A stretch of DNA of 40,022 nt, taken from positions 1-40,022 of the forward strand of contig CAZOUM010000024.1 in assembly GCA_964582985.1 (NCBI GenBank). The letters are read 5' to 3'. The notes beneath the pieces are model-generated. The model was not told the DNA's origin. It searched no databases and saw only the letters and a program-made list of their open reading frames with translations. This document shows, in pieces, positions 16,750-26,514 of this stretch; position 1 is the stretch's first letter, and the number at the start of each line of letters is the position of its first letter. The position numbers and the translations under genes are program-made. Source of the DNA: an uncultured Pirellulales bacterium. GTDB taxonomy: Bacteria > Planctomycetota > Phycisphaerae > Sedimentisphaerales > Anaerobacaceae.

Positions 16750-19116
16750 TTACGCCGGCTCTTCAACCTGCTTTTTCTTAACTTCCTTCTTGCCGGGTAT
16801 ACTCTTTATCGGCACCGGTCTCTTAAAACCTGCGCCTCGAGGTAACGATACTGCCTTAGTCTCTTCAACTTTCTCGACTATTGCGTAGCTTTCGACTATT
16901 GCCAACAGGCTCGACAAAAAGCTTAGTGTACTCTCCGCGCCCTGATTGACATTAACACCTCCCGGTACCAGAGCATCACAGCTGCCTTTCGTCCTGAAAT
17001 CGTAGACCGGAATGTGCAAATCATTCTCACCCAAAAACCAGTCAAAGGCCTTTCTTTGCAGCGTCAGAAACCTCTTGTCTTGCGTGGCATCGTAAGCCGC
17101 ACGCAGCATCATAACCGTACTTGCAACTTCTATAGGCTGCTGGTCAAATGTCGCTTTTGTCCTCCCGCGCTCATACCATCCTTTATTGCCCACAAAGCTG
17201 AAATGACTGCCGTTGAAAGTATTCCCTAACAGAAATTCACAAGTCCTTTCTGCCACTTTGACGTATTTGTCCCCCAAAGTCGACCCCGCAACAAACAAAG
17301 CATACGGCAAAATCGCATTGTCATAAGTCAGAGCGTCCTCAAACCACTGCCAATCAGGGTGACTGTTTTCTTCGTACTGAATTACAAGACCGTCCGCAGC
17401 TATTTCCAGTTGGCGCTTGATGTCACTGGCCCCGGGAAACTGCTTCAGATAGTCACTCATGCCCAGTATTGAATACGCCATACCTCGCGGGTACTGTTTC
17501 TCCACATATTCTGCGGACTTATCGAAGCAGTCTTTGATGACCGGCAAATACGACGACGAAGGCGGTTTGGCCATAACCGTCCCCAGCGCCCACAATACCC
17601 GACCAAGAGCATCGTTAACAGGCTCATTCTTCCACCACGTTCGGTCAAAATTCATAAAGTTCCTGATTGAACCGTCCTTGTTTTGAGAATGCAGAACAAA
17701 CGATAAATACGTATCAAAAAGCTGTAGAGCACCCGGCTCAGGGTACTGCGCGTAATACTTCGTCATTGCAATTACCGCCCTTGCATTGTCATCTGTGCTG
17801 TAGCCGTGCTTGCGGTCGGGAACCGTAAACCTCGCGTGCTGATACAGCCCTGTATCATCGGTTAGCCGCTTCAAGTGGGCCAGCGACGGCTCAGGAACCT
17901 CAATACTCGGGGTTGTCTCCGCCAGTAACCGCGCAGCCTTAGTCGTAACTCGAAACGGCAGGCGCTTCACATTGAATAGCTTCCAATAACCTTGGCCTAT
18001 CTTCGGCCACGTCCTCGACCGACCGTAATCGTACGCCCGTCTCCGCAACGAGTAGAAAAGCGAATCGTTCGCAAGTATTTCCACTATTGTTTCGGCCATC
18101 TGCTCTGAGTCGCCAAAGTCCACCAGCTTCCCGCGGCCCTCAGCCAGCAGCTCCAAAGCCGCCCAATAAGGAGTTGACACAACCGCCTTGCCTGTGCCAA
18201 CCGCAAACGATAATGTCCCGCTCGTCAATTGGGCTTCGTTCAGGTACGGAGTCGCATAAATATCCGCTGCGCACAAAAAGTTGTTGAGCTCTTCGTCGGT
18301 CACAAATCTGTTATGAAAGACCACATGCTCCCCAAGGCCCAGCTCCTTGACCAGCCGCTGCAAACTGAATCTATATGATTCGCCGTCGTGTTTTAACACA
18401 AGCGGATGTGTCATTCCTAAAACCACATACAAAACAGAAGGCTCGGCCTTGATTATCGCCGGCATCGCCTTCAGCATTACCTCTATACCTTTGTTCCTGT
18501 TGAGCAGACCGAATGTCAGAATTGTCCTCCGGCCTTCCCTCCCAAATTTGTGCTTGTAGTAGTTGCTGTCAACAAAAGGCAAATCCGGTATGCCGTGCGC
18601 AATCAGCTCAACCTTCTTGCTCGATATGCCATAACTCTCACGCAGCATTCCGACCCCACGCTCATTCATAGTGACTACTCTATATGAAGTGTTGCACACC
18701 TCTACCAGGGCCTTATGGTATTCACCGCTCGGCGAGTCAAGCACCGTATGCAGCGTCGTAATCACCGGGGCCTTTAGCCGATTCAGTAACAAGCTCAGAT
18801 ACGAGCCCGCATCTCCTCCGAAAAGACCAAACTCATGCTGCACAGAAACCAGGTCGACATTACTAAAATTCACATAATCCGCAGCACAGATATAATCGTT
18901 CTTGACGTTCCGGCGAATTTCAAACTTTACAGGGTCTTCATATCTAAGATTATTATCCGCACGCATTGCGACCACCAGCGGCTCGAACTGGCCCTTGCCT
19001 GATGATGTCACGCTTTTGATAAGGTCGGACGTGAAAGTCGCAATTCCGCATTTCCTTGGTGGAAAAGAAGAAATAAACGCCACTTTTTTCGTGGAACCTT
19101 TTGCCATCCCTAACAC
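16750..19116 (-). CDS. two-domain glycan enzyme: N-terminal GT4 (group 1) glycosyltransferase fused to a C-terminal (alpha/alpha)6-barrel glycoside-hydrolase-like domain (GDE_C / amylo-alpha-1,6-glucosidase-like)
   Basis: N-terminus KVAFISSFPPRKCGIATFTSDL is a GT4 start motif. The C-terminal half ..HARFTVPDRKHGYSTDDNARAVIAMTKYY.. is six-hairpin glycosidase-like. Total length 788 aa. An alternative start MAKGS lies at 19107. Confidence 0.7.
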   Translation of the reverse strand: MLGMAKGSTKKVAFISSFPPRKCGIATFTSDLIKSVTSSGKGQFEPLVVAMRADNNLRYEDPVKFEIRRNVKNDYICAADYVNFSNVDLVSVQHEFGLFGGDAGSYLSLLLNRLKAPVITTLHTVLDSPSGEYHKALVEVCNTSYRVVTMNERGVGMLRESYGISSKKVELIAHGIPDLPFVDSNYYKHKFGREGRRTILTFGLLNRNKGIEVMLKAMPAIIKAEPSVLYVVLGMTHPLVLKHDGESYRFSLQRLVKELGLGEHVVFHNRFVTDEELNNFLCAADIYATPYLNEAQLTSGTLSFAVGTGKAVVSTPYWAALELLAEGRGKLVDFGDSEQMAETIVEILANDSLFYSLRRRAYDYGRSRTWPKIGQGYWKLFNVKRLPFRVTTKAARLLAETTPSIEVPEPSLAHLKRLTDDTGLYQHARFTVPDRKHGYSTDDNARAVIAMTKYYAQYPEPGALQLFDTYLSFVLHSQNKDGSIRNFMNFDRTWWKNEPVNDALGRVLWALGTVMAKPPSSSYLPVIKDCFDKSAEYVEKQYPRGMAYSILGMSDYLKQFPGASDIKRQLEIAADGLVIQYEENSHPDWQWFEDALTYDNAILPYALFVAGSTLGDKYVKVAERTCEFLLGNTFNGSHFSFVGNKGWYERGRTKATFDQQPIEVASTVMMLRAAYDATQDKRFLTLQRKAFDWFLGENDLHIPVYDFRTKGSCDALVPGGVNVNQGAESTLSFLSSLLAIVESYAIVEKVEETKAVSLPRGAGFKRPVPIKSIPGKKEVKKKQVEEPA

Positions 19117-19387
19117 CCTTTTTGAAATAGCCGCTAACTCAACACCTGATTTTACGCCAAGCCGAATAAGCTGTCAAGTAAATTGACCATTGAGGTCGCA
19201 TATTATAGGATATAAAGCCCACGCTCGTCCGAGGAGTTGGGCCGAAAAGACCACCAAAACCCCAAAAAAACAGGAATCTGCGGAATTCCTCAAATTTTTT
19301 AATAATAATTTGCCATTTTTTCTGCAACGAAGCCCGCCAAATGCGTATAATATACTACTAATATCGTAGGAATAATGGGACATATTT

Positions 19388-19822
19388 ATGAAACTCTCTA
19401 CCAGAACCAGATACGGAATAAGAGCCACATTGGAATTGGCCAGAAACTACGGCAAGGGCCCCCTACAGATCAAGACCATTGCAAGGCAACAAGATATCTC
19501 CGGCAAATATCTCGAACAATTAATGGCCATATTAAAATCGGCAGGACTCGTCACAAGTATTAGAGGCGCCAAAGGAGGCTATCTTCTTGCCAGGCCCCCG
19601 AATCACATTAAACTTAGCGATGTCTTTAATTGCCTCGAAGGACCTGTGACTACTGTCGAATGTATAGAAAACGAAAGTTATTGTACACGAGTCCACGATT
19701 GCGCCGCCAGGCAAGTCTGGACGCAGGTCCAGGAAGCCATTACAAATGTCTTGCAATCAATAACGTTACAGGATTTAGTTGACAGGGCAAAAGACAAGCG
19801 GGCCTTGGATTACCAAATATAA
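19388..19822 (+). CDS. Rrf2-family transcriptional regulator (CymR/IscR-like)
   Basis: MKLSTRTRYGIRATLELA..GPLQIKTIARQQDISGKYLEQLMAILKSAGLVTSIRGAKGGYLLAR is an Rrf2 HTH. Three clustered Cys (C92, C101, C107) match Fe-S-liganding Rrf2 members. It sits directly upstream of cysK, as cymR does in Firmicutes. Confidence 0.85.
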   Translation: MKLSTRTRYGIRATLELARNYGKGPLQIKTIARQQDISGKYLEQLMAILKSAGLVTSIRGAKGGYLLARPPNHIKLSDVFNCLEGPVTTVECIENESYCTRVHDCAARQVWTQVQEAITNVLQSITLQDLVDRAKDKRALDYQI

Positions 19823-19837
19823 ATCGAAGGAGAAATT

Positions 19838-20758
19838 ATGGGCGCTATATTCGAAAACATAGCAACTGTAGTCGGGCGTACCCCATTGGTGAAAATTAAC
19901 AAGCTCGGCTCCGACAAGGCAACCATCCTCGCAAAGCTCGAATCGCATAATCCCTGCGGCAGCGTCAAAGACAGAATCGCATTATCAATGATAGAAGCCG
20001 CTGAAAAGGACGGCCTCATTAAGCCCGACACCGTCATAATCGAACCGACCAGCGGAAATACCGGAATAGGCCTCGCTTTCATCTGTGCCGCAAAGGGATA
20101 CAAATTGATATTGACTATGCCCGAATCGATGAGCATCGAGAGAAGAAAGCTCTTGCGACTGTTCGGCGCAGAACTCGTCTTAACACCCGCCGAGCTCGGT
20201 ATGACAGGAGCCATTGAAAAAGCTCAAGAGTTGCTCGCACAGAATCCAAACGCCTTTATGCCCCAGCAATTCAAAAACCCTGCCAATCCCCAAATTCACA
20301 GGGAAACCACTGCAAAAGAAATCTTGGCGGATACCGCCGGCAAAGTCGACATCTTCGTCTCCGGCGTCGGGACCGGCGGAACATTGACCGGATGCGCCGA
20401 AGTGCTGAAACAGCACAACGAGAATCTAACAGTAGTAGCAGTTGAGCCGAAAGATTCACCCGTTCTCTCCGGAGGCAAACCCGGACCACACAAAATACAA
20501 GGCATCGGTGCCGGATTCGTTCCAGAAGTCTTGAACGTTGACATAATCGATGAAATCATACAGGTCTCAAATAATGATGCAACGGAAACAGCCCGGCAAC
20601 TCGCTGAGAAAGAAGGAATAATGGCCGGCATAAGTGCAGGAGCTGCAATGTGGGCCGCAATACAGGTCTCTCAGCGACCGCAAAACGAAGGAAAGACGAT
20701 AGTCGTGATTCTACCCGATACCGGAGAAAGATATATCTCCACCGAAATGTTTGAATAA
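19838..20758 (+). CDS. cysK: cysteine synthase A (O-acetylserine sulfhydrylase)
   Basis: The PLP-lysine motif ..[11 protein letters not shown].., the [10 protein letters not shown] loop and GIGAGF are present. Length 306 aa. Strong RBS AAGGAGAAATT. Confidence 0.9.
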   Translation: MGAIFENIATVVGRTPLVKINKLGSDKATILAKLESHNPCGSVKDRIALSMIEAAEKDGLIKPDTVIIEPTSGNTGIGLAFICAAKGYKLILTMPESMSIERRKLLRLFGAELVLTPAELGMTGAIEKAQELLAQNPNAFMPQQFKNPANPQIHRETTAKEILADTAGKVDIFVSGVGTGGTLTGCAEVLKQHNENLTVVAVEPKDSPVLSGGKPGPHKIQGIGAGFVPEVLNVDIIDEIIQVSNNDATETARQLAEKEGIMAGISAGAAMWAAIQVSQRPQNEGKTIVVILPDTGERYISTEMFE

Positions 20759-20788
20759 CAGTTTTTTCCCTCTGCAAAAGGTGCAAAG

Positions 20789-21721
20789 ATGCAAAAAAAC
20801 GGGTTAACCAACAAGAAAATAGAAAATTTGGTCGCCGAAATTACCAAAACGTATAAGGGCGATTCCGGCATCAATTTTATTGATGCCTCTAACCTGCCAG
20901 CACGGGATAAAATCCTGGAAATTCTTGATTTGCTAACGGAATTGATTTTCCCCGGCTATACCGGAAAAAGGACGGTTACAAAATCAAATGTCAACTTCAT
21001 CGTCGGCGATATCTTATGTCAGCTCTACACCGAGCTTTCCGACCAGATAGAACGAGCCTATCAATATCAATGCAGAATAGGCAAATGTGATGCCTGCGAC
21101 TGCCGAACAATGGCCGAAAATGTCACCCACCACTTGCTTTCTCAACTGCCGACAATCAGACAACTATTGAAGGGCGATGTCGGTGCGGCCTTCGACGGCG
21201 ACCCCGCCGCAAAATCCTATGAGGAAATAGTAATAAGCTACCCCTGCATCATAGCAATTGCAACCTATCGCATCGCCCACGAATTGTACGTCAAACAGGT
21301 GCCTCTGATTCCGCGAATAATGACCGAGTGCGCACACGCAAAAACCGGTATCGACATACACCCCGGCGCAAAAATTGGAAAAAACTTCTTCATCGACCAC
21401 GGCACCGGCGTCGTAATAGGCGAAACCACAGTGATTGGTGATAACGTAAAGATTTATCAGGGCGCTACCCTCGGAGCTTTAAGCTTCCCAAAGGATGAAA
21501 GAGGAAAAATAATAAAGGGCGGAAAAAGGCACCCAACGATAGAAGACAACGTGACTATCTATGCCGAAGCAACTATATTAGGTGACGTAGTCATCGGCAA
21601 AAATGCCGTCATCGGTGGAAACGTCTGGATAAAAGAATCCGTCCCGCCAGGCGTTACCGTCTCAGCGGGAAATCTCGACCTGGTTTACAAAAAGCAGAAA
21701 AAGAAAGCAAAAAGTAAATAA
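20789..21721 (+). CDS. cysE: serine O-acetyltransferase (long form)
   Basis: Left-handed beta-helix hexapeptide repeats (GAKIGKNFFIDHGTGVVIGETTVIGDNVKIYQGATLG) and an N-terminal SAT domain. Confidence 0.85.
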   Translation: MQKNGLTNKKIENLVAEITKTYKGDSGINFIDASNLPARDKILEILDLLTELIFPGYTGKRTVTKSNVNFIVGDILCQLYTELSDQIERAYQYQCRIGKCDACDCRTMAENVTHHLLSQLPTIRQLLKGDVGAAFDGDPAAKSYEEIVISYPCIIAIATYRIAHELYVKQVPLIPRIMTECAHAKTGIDIHPGAKIGKNFFIDHGTGVVIGETTVIGDNVKIYQGATLGALSFPKDERGKIIKGGKRHPTIEDNVTIYAEATILGDVVIGKNAVIGGNVWIKESVPPGVTVSAGNLDLVYKKQKKKAKSK

Positions 21722-21767
21722 GGAAACAAAGAACTCACAACCTTTGCCTTTTTACCTCCTTTTCAGG

Positions 21768-22694
21768 ATGTTAATTTTGAACGAGCAATTACTTGAAAAA
21801 ATCAAACAATTAAAAACGCAGCGAGAAGCTGTAATACTTGCACACAATTACCAGCCCGCCGAAATACAGGACCTCGCTGATTTCACCGGCGATTCTCTGG
21901 CCTTAAGCATAAAGGCTGCTGAAACCGACGCAAAAGTAATCGTATTCTGCGGCGTCCGCTTTATGGCCGAGACCGCCGCCATTCTTTCCCCACAAAAAAC
22001 CGTTCTCCTTCCTGACAAAAACGCAGGCTGCCCCCTCGCTGATATGACAACCGCCGAGCAGTTAAAACAGCTCAAGCAGAAGCACCCAGATGCGCTGGTG
22101 GTCTGTTATGTAAACAGCTCGGCAGAAGTCAAGGCCGAGAGCGATTATTGCTGCACCAGTGCTAACGCCGTTGAAGTAGTAAGCTCTTTGCCGCAGGACA
22201 GGCCCGTCATTTTCGTCCCCGACCAGCATCTTGGACGCTTTGCAGCCGATAGAACCGCCAGAGACCTTATCCTCTGGCCGGGCTATTGCGCGTCGCACGT
22301 GGTGATAACAGAAGACGACATAAAAAATGCAAAAGCAAAATACCCGAATGCGATTGTAATGAGCCACCCCGAATGTTCAGAGCCGGTCAAAGAGCTTTCA
22401 GACAAACTGCTTAGCACAGGCCAGATGCTCAAGTTTGCCCAAAAAAGCACAGCGAAACAATTTATCGTTGGCACCGAGATAGGAATAATCCACGCTCTCA
22501 AAAAGCAACGGCCCGATGCTGAATTCATCCCGGCCAGCGAGAGAGCTATTTGCCCCAATATGAAACTGATTAATCTCGAAAAAATCGTCTGGTCACTGGA
22601 AGATATGCAATATAAAGTGACAGTGCCGCAAGAGATAGGAACAAAGGCCAGAAATGCTCTTGATAGAATGGTACAAATTCTGCCTACGAGATAA
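21768..22694 (+). CDS. nadA: quinolinate synthase A
   Basis: AHNYQPAEIQDLADFTGDSLALS...VIVFCGVRFMAETAAIL is the hallmark NadA N-terminal region. The ORF-track start at 21744 is a TTG; the first ATG is at 21768. Confidence 0.85.
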   Translation: MLILNEQLLEKIKQLKTQREAVILAHNYQPAEIQDLADFTGDSLALSIKAAETDAKVIVFCGVRFMAETAAILSPQKTVLLPDKNAGCPLADMTTAEQLKQLKQKHPDALVVCYVNSSAEVKAESDYCCTSANAVEVVSSLPQDRPVIFVPDQHLGRFAADRTARDLILWPGYCASHVVITEDDIKNAKAKYPNAIVMSHPECSEPVKELSDKLLSTGQMLKFAQKSTAKQFIVGTEIGIIHALKKQRPDAEFIPASERAICPNMKLINLEKIVWSLEDMQYKVTVPQEIGTKARNALDRMVQILPTR

Positions 22695-22898
22695 CAATGA
22701 CAAAGACTGAAGAAAATGCGGTTGGCATCGTCCAGACAAAAGCCATACGGGTAGTCAGCCGAATAAGCCTTTGGGGCTGGTGTGCGGTCTGGCCTGATGC
22801 ATTACAGCCGTGCGGTCGCAGGAAAACGGTTTCACCCATCATTTTCGGCACCAGTTGTCTGGGCAATGTCTATTAAAATAGAATTGAAAGGTGAAAAA

Positions 22899-23933
22899 AT
22901 GATTTTGAGGAACAGTAAATGCAAAATACTATTGCTCGGATTACTGTTCCTGGGAGCAGCAAATTTATCAATCAAAGGATGCTCTTCCTCTGGGAAAAAA
23001 CAGTCAAATATGGTTGTGCTTGCAGACCTGCCTATGCTGGATGATCCCTACTATATTGTAATTCCGGTAACCATAAATTCACGGCAATACAGATTTATTA
23101 TCGACACTGCCTCCGGTAACACAATAGTCGATAGCAAGTTAAAATCGTTATTAGGTGATTTTGTCAAGAAAGAAAAGCGCCCCGTTACACCGAAACAGAA
23201 GCAGGTGGACTTCGAGTTTTATAATTTTCCCAAGCAATTCGAAATAGGCTCTTTAAATCTTAAGGGTACGATTGCCTGTTTCGACTTGTGCGTGGCTGGC
23301 CTCCCTCCAGACTATAACTACGACGGCATAATAGGAATGAATCTTCTATATGATGAAGTGTTGCAATTGGATATTGAGAACAAGTGTGTTCGGCTCCTAA
23401 GATGGCGTAAGACTGCTTCACAAAATACAGAAGACTTTAGACAAAAATGGGGACATCCTGTTCAAATAATAAAAAATGAAGCGGGTTGGCCGCAAATCAA
23501 CTTAAATTTAACTGACACGATAACTGAACTGTTCTTAGTTGATACGGGACTTAGTGCTCATAACCGGCTACGCGAAAGTACTTTTGACAAATTAAAGGGC
23601 TTGGACGGAATTGAGTATTATAAATACAGCAAACAGCAAATGGGAGCACTTGTTCGTGAACAAGGTCTATCACTTATCAATCCTTCCGACTTAGAGGAAA
23701 CAGAGGTAGTATTTATCAGCCAAGCGCCGTTGCCTGGCATTGACCTTCCGAATCTTTGCTTTGAGAAGAAGCACGTCTCGATTCTGGGGATTAAATTTGT
23801 AAGGCTTTTTAAAATGATGACGTTCGACTTTAAAAACAGCAGGCTTTACTTAAAACCGGTGCCTGTTGAAGTTAAACGTTATAAGGATACAGGCGATACT
23901 TTAAATATTAAACGTCAAATGAGGAATAATTGA
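22899..23933 (+). CDS. secreted, probably lipoprotein, two-lobed retropepsin/pepsin-like aspartic peptidase-domain protein (clan AA-like)
   Basis: ATG at 22899 with an AAGGTG RBS. Signal MILRNSKCKILLLGLLFLGAANLSIKGC. Two hydrophobic-hydrophobic-D-T-(A/G) catalytic-type motifs are FIIDTASGNTIVD and FLVDTGLSAHN. The gene is about 40% GC against about 55% in its neighbours. Confidence 0.5.
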   Translation: MILRNSKCKILLLGLLFLGAANLSIKGCSSSGKKQSNMVVLADLPMLDDPYYIVIPVTINSRQYRFIIDTASGNTIVDSKLKSLLGDFVKKEKRPVTPKQKQVDFEFYNFPKQFEIGSLNLKGTIACFDLCVAGLPPDYNYDGIIGMNLLYDEVLQLDIENKCVRLLRWRKTASQNTEDFRQKWGHPVQIIKNEAGWPQINLNLTDTITELFLVDTGLSAHNRLRESTFDKLKGLDGIEYYKYSKQQMGALVREQGLSLINPSDLEETEVVFISQAPLPGIDLPNLCFEKKHVSILGIKFVRLFKMMTFDFKNSRLYLKPVPVEVKRYKDTGDTLNIKRQMRNN

Positions 23934-24095
23934 ACCGCAGAAGAAGCAACTTTTCTCTCAGGTTAGAATCCCGTTGAGGTTGTCGATAACAAGGTAAGGA
24001 TTCATCCGGTAGAATAAGGGCAAGAAAAGTCACTTGATAGGATGGTTGAAATTTTACCGTCAAAACAGTAATGGTCATTGCAAGGCTTGCCAAGT

Positions 24096-24137
24096 CCCGC
24101 ACCAATTAGGCGTGAGCCTAAGCACAATTGGTGCGGG
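24096..24137 (+). promoter_or_regulatory. perfect 12-bp inverted repeat CCCGCACCAATT-N18-AATTGGTGCGGG upstream of nifU
   Basis: Exact reverse-complement arms at 24096-24107 and 24126-24137, 93 nt before the nifU ATG. It may be an operator or a terminator/processing stem. No U-tract follows. Confidence 0.4.
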
Positions 24138-24229
24138 ATGGCAATCTCACACGTTATGCTTTATACTGTTTAGCGCCGTCTGCAAGCCGATTTCGAACAG
24201 GCGCTAAAGGCAAGTCAGAGGTAAAGAAT

Positions 24230-25111
24230 ATGTGGGAATACACGGAAAAATTAAAAGAGCACTTTTTCAACCCCCGAAACGTCGGCGAAATCGAAGACCC
24301 GGATGGCACCGGAGAAGTCGGCTCATTGGCCTGCGGCGACGCCCTGAAGCTGACCTTCAAACTCGATGCCAACGGCAGAATCAAAGATGCAAAGTTCAAA
24401 ACCTTCGGCTGCGCCAGCGCAATAGCAACATCATCGGTACTGACCGAAATGATAAAAGGAAAAACAATAGACGAAGCCGCAAAGGTAACCAACAAAGACA
24501 TCGCCGACTACCTCGGCGGTTTGCCCGAACAGAAAATGCACTGCTCCGTTATGGGAAGAGAAGCCCTCGAAGCCGCCATTGAAAATTACCGTACCGGCGG
24601 CAGGAAAAAACGCGAACTTGAAGGCAAGGTCATCTGCACCTGCTTCGGCGTCACTGAAAACGAAATCGAGAGAGTAATAAGTGAAAACGACCTTACAACC
24701 GTCGAGCAGGTCACCAACTACTGCAAGGCTGGCGGAGGCTGCGGAGGATGCCAGGGCGAAATCGAAAAAATATTGGAAAAGGTGCAGGGAGACAAAGCAA
24801 AAGCTGCGGCTGCATCCGTACCTCCAAAAGCCGGCAAACTAACCAATATTAAAAAAATACAATTGATTCAGCAGACAATAAATGAGCAAATCAGACCCGC
24901 CCTGCGCGCTCACGGCGGCAACATCGAGCTCATCGACGTCGAAGCAAACAAAGTCATCGTCGCATTCAGAGGTATGTGCGCTCAGTGCAAACTGGCAGAA
25001 TATACAATGAAAGACGTGGTCGAAGCTAAGCTAAGAGAATTTGTCAGCCATGAGCTTTTCGTCGAAGAGGACAAGGACTCAACGCAGCAGCCACACAATC
25101 ACAGAGGATAA
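24230..25111 (+). CDS. nifU: NifU-type Fe-S cluster assembly scaffold (IscU-like N-domain + BFD-like [2Fe-2S] domain + Nfu C-domain)
   Basis: IscU motifs are LACGDALKL, FKTFGCASAIA and KMHCSVMG. The central domain carries C..C...CGGC (CTCFGV..CKAGGGCGGCQ). The C-terminal Nfu domain has GMCAQC. Start is the ATG at 24230, not the ORF-track TTG at 24128. Confidence 0.9.
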   Translation: MWEYTEKLKEHFFNPRNVGEIEDPDGTGEVGSLACGDALKLTFKLDANGRIKDAKFKTFGCASAIATSSVLTEMIKGKTIDEAAKVTNKDIADYLGGLPEQKMHCSVMGREALEAAIENYRTGGRKKRELEGKVICTCFGVTENEIERVISENDLTTVEQVTNYCKAGGGCGGCQGEIEKILEKVQGDKAKAAAASVPPKAGKLTNIKKIQLIQQTINEQIRPALRAHGGNIELIDVEANKVIVAFRGMCAQCKLAEYTMKDVVEAKLREFVSHELFVEEDKDSTQQPHNHRG

Positions 25112-25114
25112 GCA

Positions 25115-26272
25115 ATGAAAACCATATACTTTGACAACAACGCCACAACAAAAGTCGCAGAGCAAGTGCTCGAAGAAATAAAGCCCTACTTCTGCGACCT
25201 CTACGGCAATCCTTCGAGCATGCACACCTTCGGCGGACAAATAGGCGCCAAAATCCGCAACGCCCGCGAACAGATTACCGCCCTGCTCGGCTGCGAACCC
25301 AGCGAAATCATTTTCACCGCAGGCGGCACAGAAAGTGACAACACTGCAATTATGGGCACCCTGACTGCCAAACCAAACAAAAGAAAAATCATAACCACCC
25401 GCGTTGAGCACCCCGCCGTCCTCACCACCTGCCGCGAACTGGAAAACCACGGCTACACGGTCGTAGAACTGCCAGTAGACAAACAGGGCCAACTCGCTCT
25501 GGACGAACTCGAAGAGCAAATAGACGACGACACCGCCCTCGTCACGATTATGTACGCCAACAACGAAACCGGCGTCGTGTTCCCAATCGAAAAAATCGCC
25601 GAGCTGGCTACCGACAAAGGCGTCATCTTCCACACCGACGCCGTCCAGGCCATAGGAAAGATTCCGCTGAACCTCTCAAAAAGCAATATCGATTTGCTAA
25701 GTCTCTCAGGCCACAAGCTGCACGCACCGAAGGGAGTAGGTGCCTTATATGTTAAGAAAGGGACCCGCCTCTCTCCATATATGTTAGGCGGACATCAGGA
25801 AGCAGGCCGAAGGGCCGGAACAGAAAATGTCCCCGGAATAATCGGCCTCGGAAAAGCCTGCGAACTCGCCGCAAAAAATATCGAAGAGGAAAACCAGCGA
25901 GTGAAAACTCTGCGCGATAAACTCGAAAATGCCCTACTCGAAAAATGCCCCGGCAGCAGTCTCAACGGCGGCAAACAAAACCGCCTGCCCAACACCACCA
26001 ACATCAGCTTCGAGTACATCGAGGGCGAAGCGATTCTGCTCATGCTCGACAAATTCGGTATCTGCGCCAGCAGCGGCTCCGCCTGTACCTCCGGCTCACT
26101 CGAACCCTCCCACGTATTGCGGACAATGGGCGTACCCTTCACCGCCGCCCACGGCTCAATTCGATTCAGCCTGAGCCGGTACAACACCGAAGAAGAAGTC
26201 GACTATTGCCTCGAAAAAATGCCCGAAATCGTAAACAAACTCCGCGAACTCTCACCATTCGTGGCCACGTAG
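25115..26272 (+). CDS. nifS: cysteine desulfurase (class I, NifS/IscS-like)
   Basis: PLP-lysine motif SLSGHKLHAPKG. Catalytic Cys loop SSGSACTSGS. Length 385 aa. Starts 3 nt after the nifU stop. Confidence 0.9.
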   Translation: MKTIYFDNNATTKVAEQVLEEIKPYFCDLYGNPSSMHTFGGQIGAKIRNAREQITALLGCEPSEIIFTAGGTESDNTAIMGTLTAKPNKRKIITTRVEHPAVLTTCRELENHGYTVVELPVDKQGQLALDELEEQIDDDTALVTIMYANNETGVVFPIEKIAELATDKGVIFHTDAVQAIGKIPLNLSKSNIDLLSLSGHKLHAPKGVGALYVKKGTRLSPYMLGGHQEAGRRAGTENVPGIIGLGKACELAAKNIEEENQRVKTLRDKLENALLEKCPGSSLNGGKQNRLPNTTNISFEYIEGEAILLMLDKFGICASSGSACTSGSLEPSHVLRTMGVPFTAAHGSIRFSLSRYNTEEEVDYCLEKMPEIVNKLRELSPFVAT

Positions 26273-26514
26273 CTCACAGGTGCTGCACTTGCCCGGTTTC
26301 AGCATATACAATCTGCAAACAACTACTGTGACAGCGATTTTGCCGCCGATTTATTTTAGTTCCGCCGTAAGTTTCGTGCATCAGCCACTTTTCCTGATTC
26401 ACTGAACCAGCCGGCCTGAAACGTCACTTTGGCCAGGGCCTCGATAAGAAATCTTTAGCACAAAAGTTATGGACACACGTTCAAAAATCGCTATCGTATA
26501 AGCTCGAGATAGAC

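Noticed and set aside
24128-24229. TTG-initiated 34-codon N-terminal extension of nifU
   Set aside because: It starts inside the 12-bp inverted repeat and has no RBS. The ATG at 24230 has a GAGG RBS, and IscU-like domains begin with MWEYTEKL-type sequences.
25079-25633. 184-aa minus-strand ORF within nifS
   Set aside because: Antisense to a gene with unmistakable PLP-Lys and catalytic Cys motifs. Gly/Val/Ala-rich shadow.
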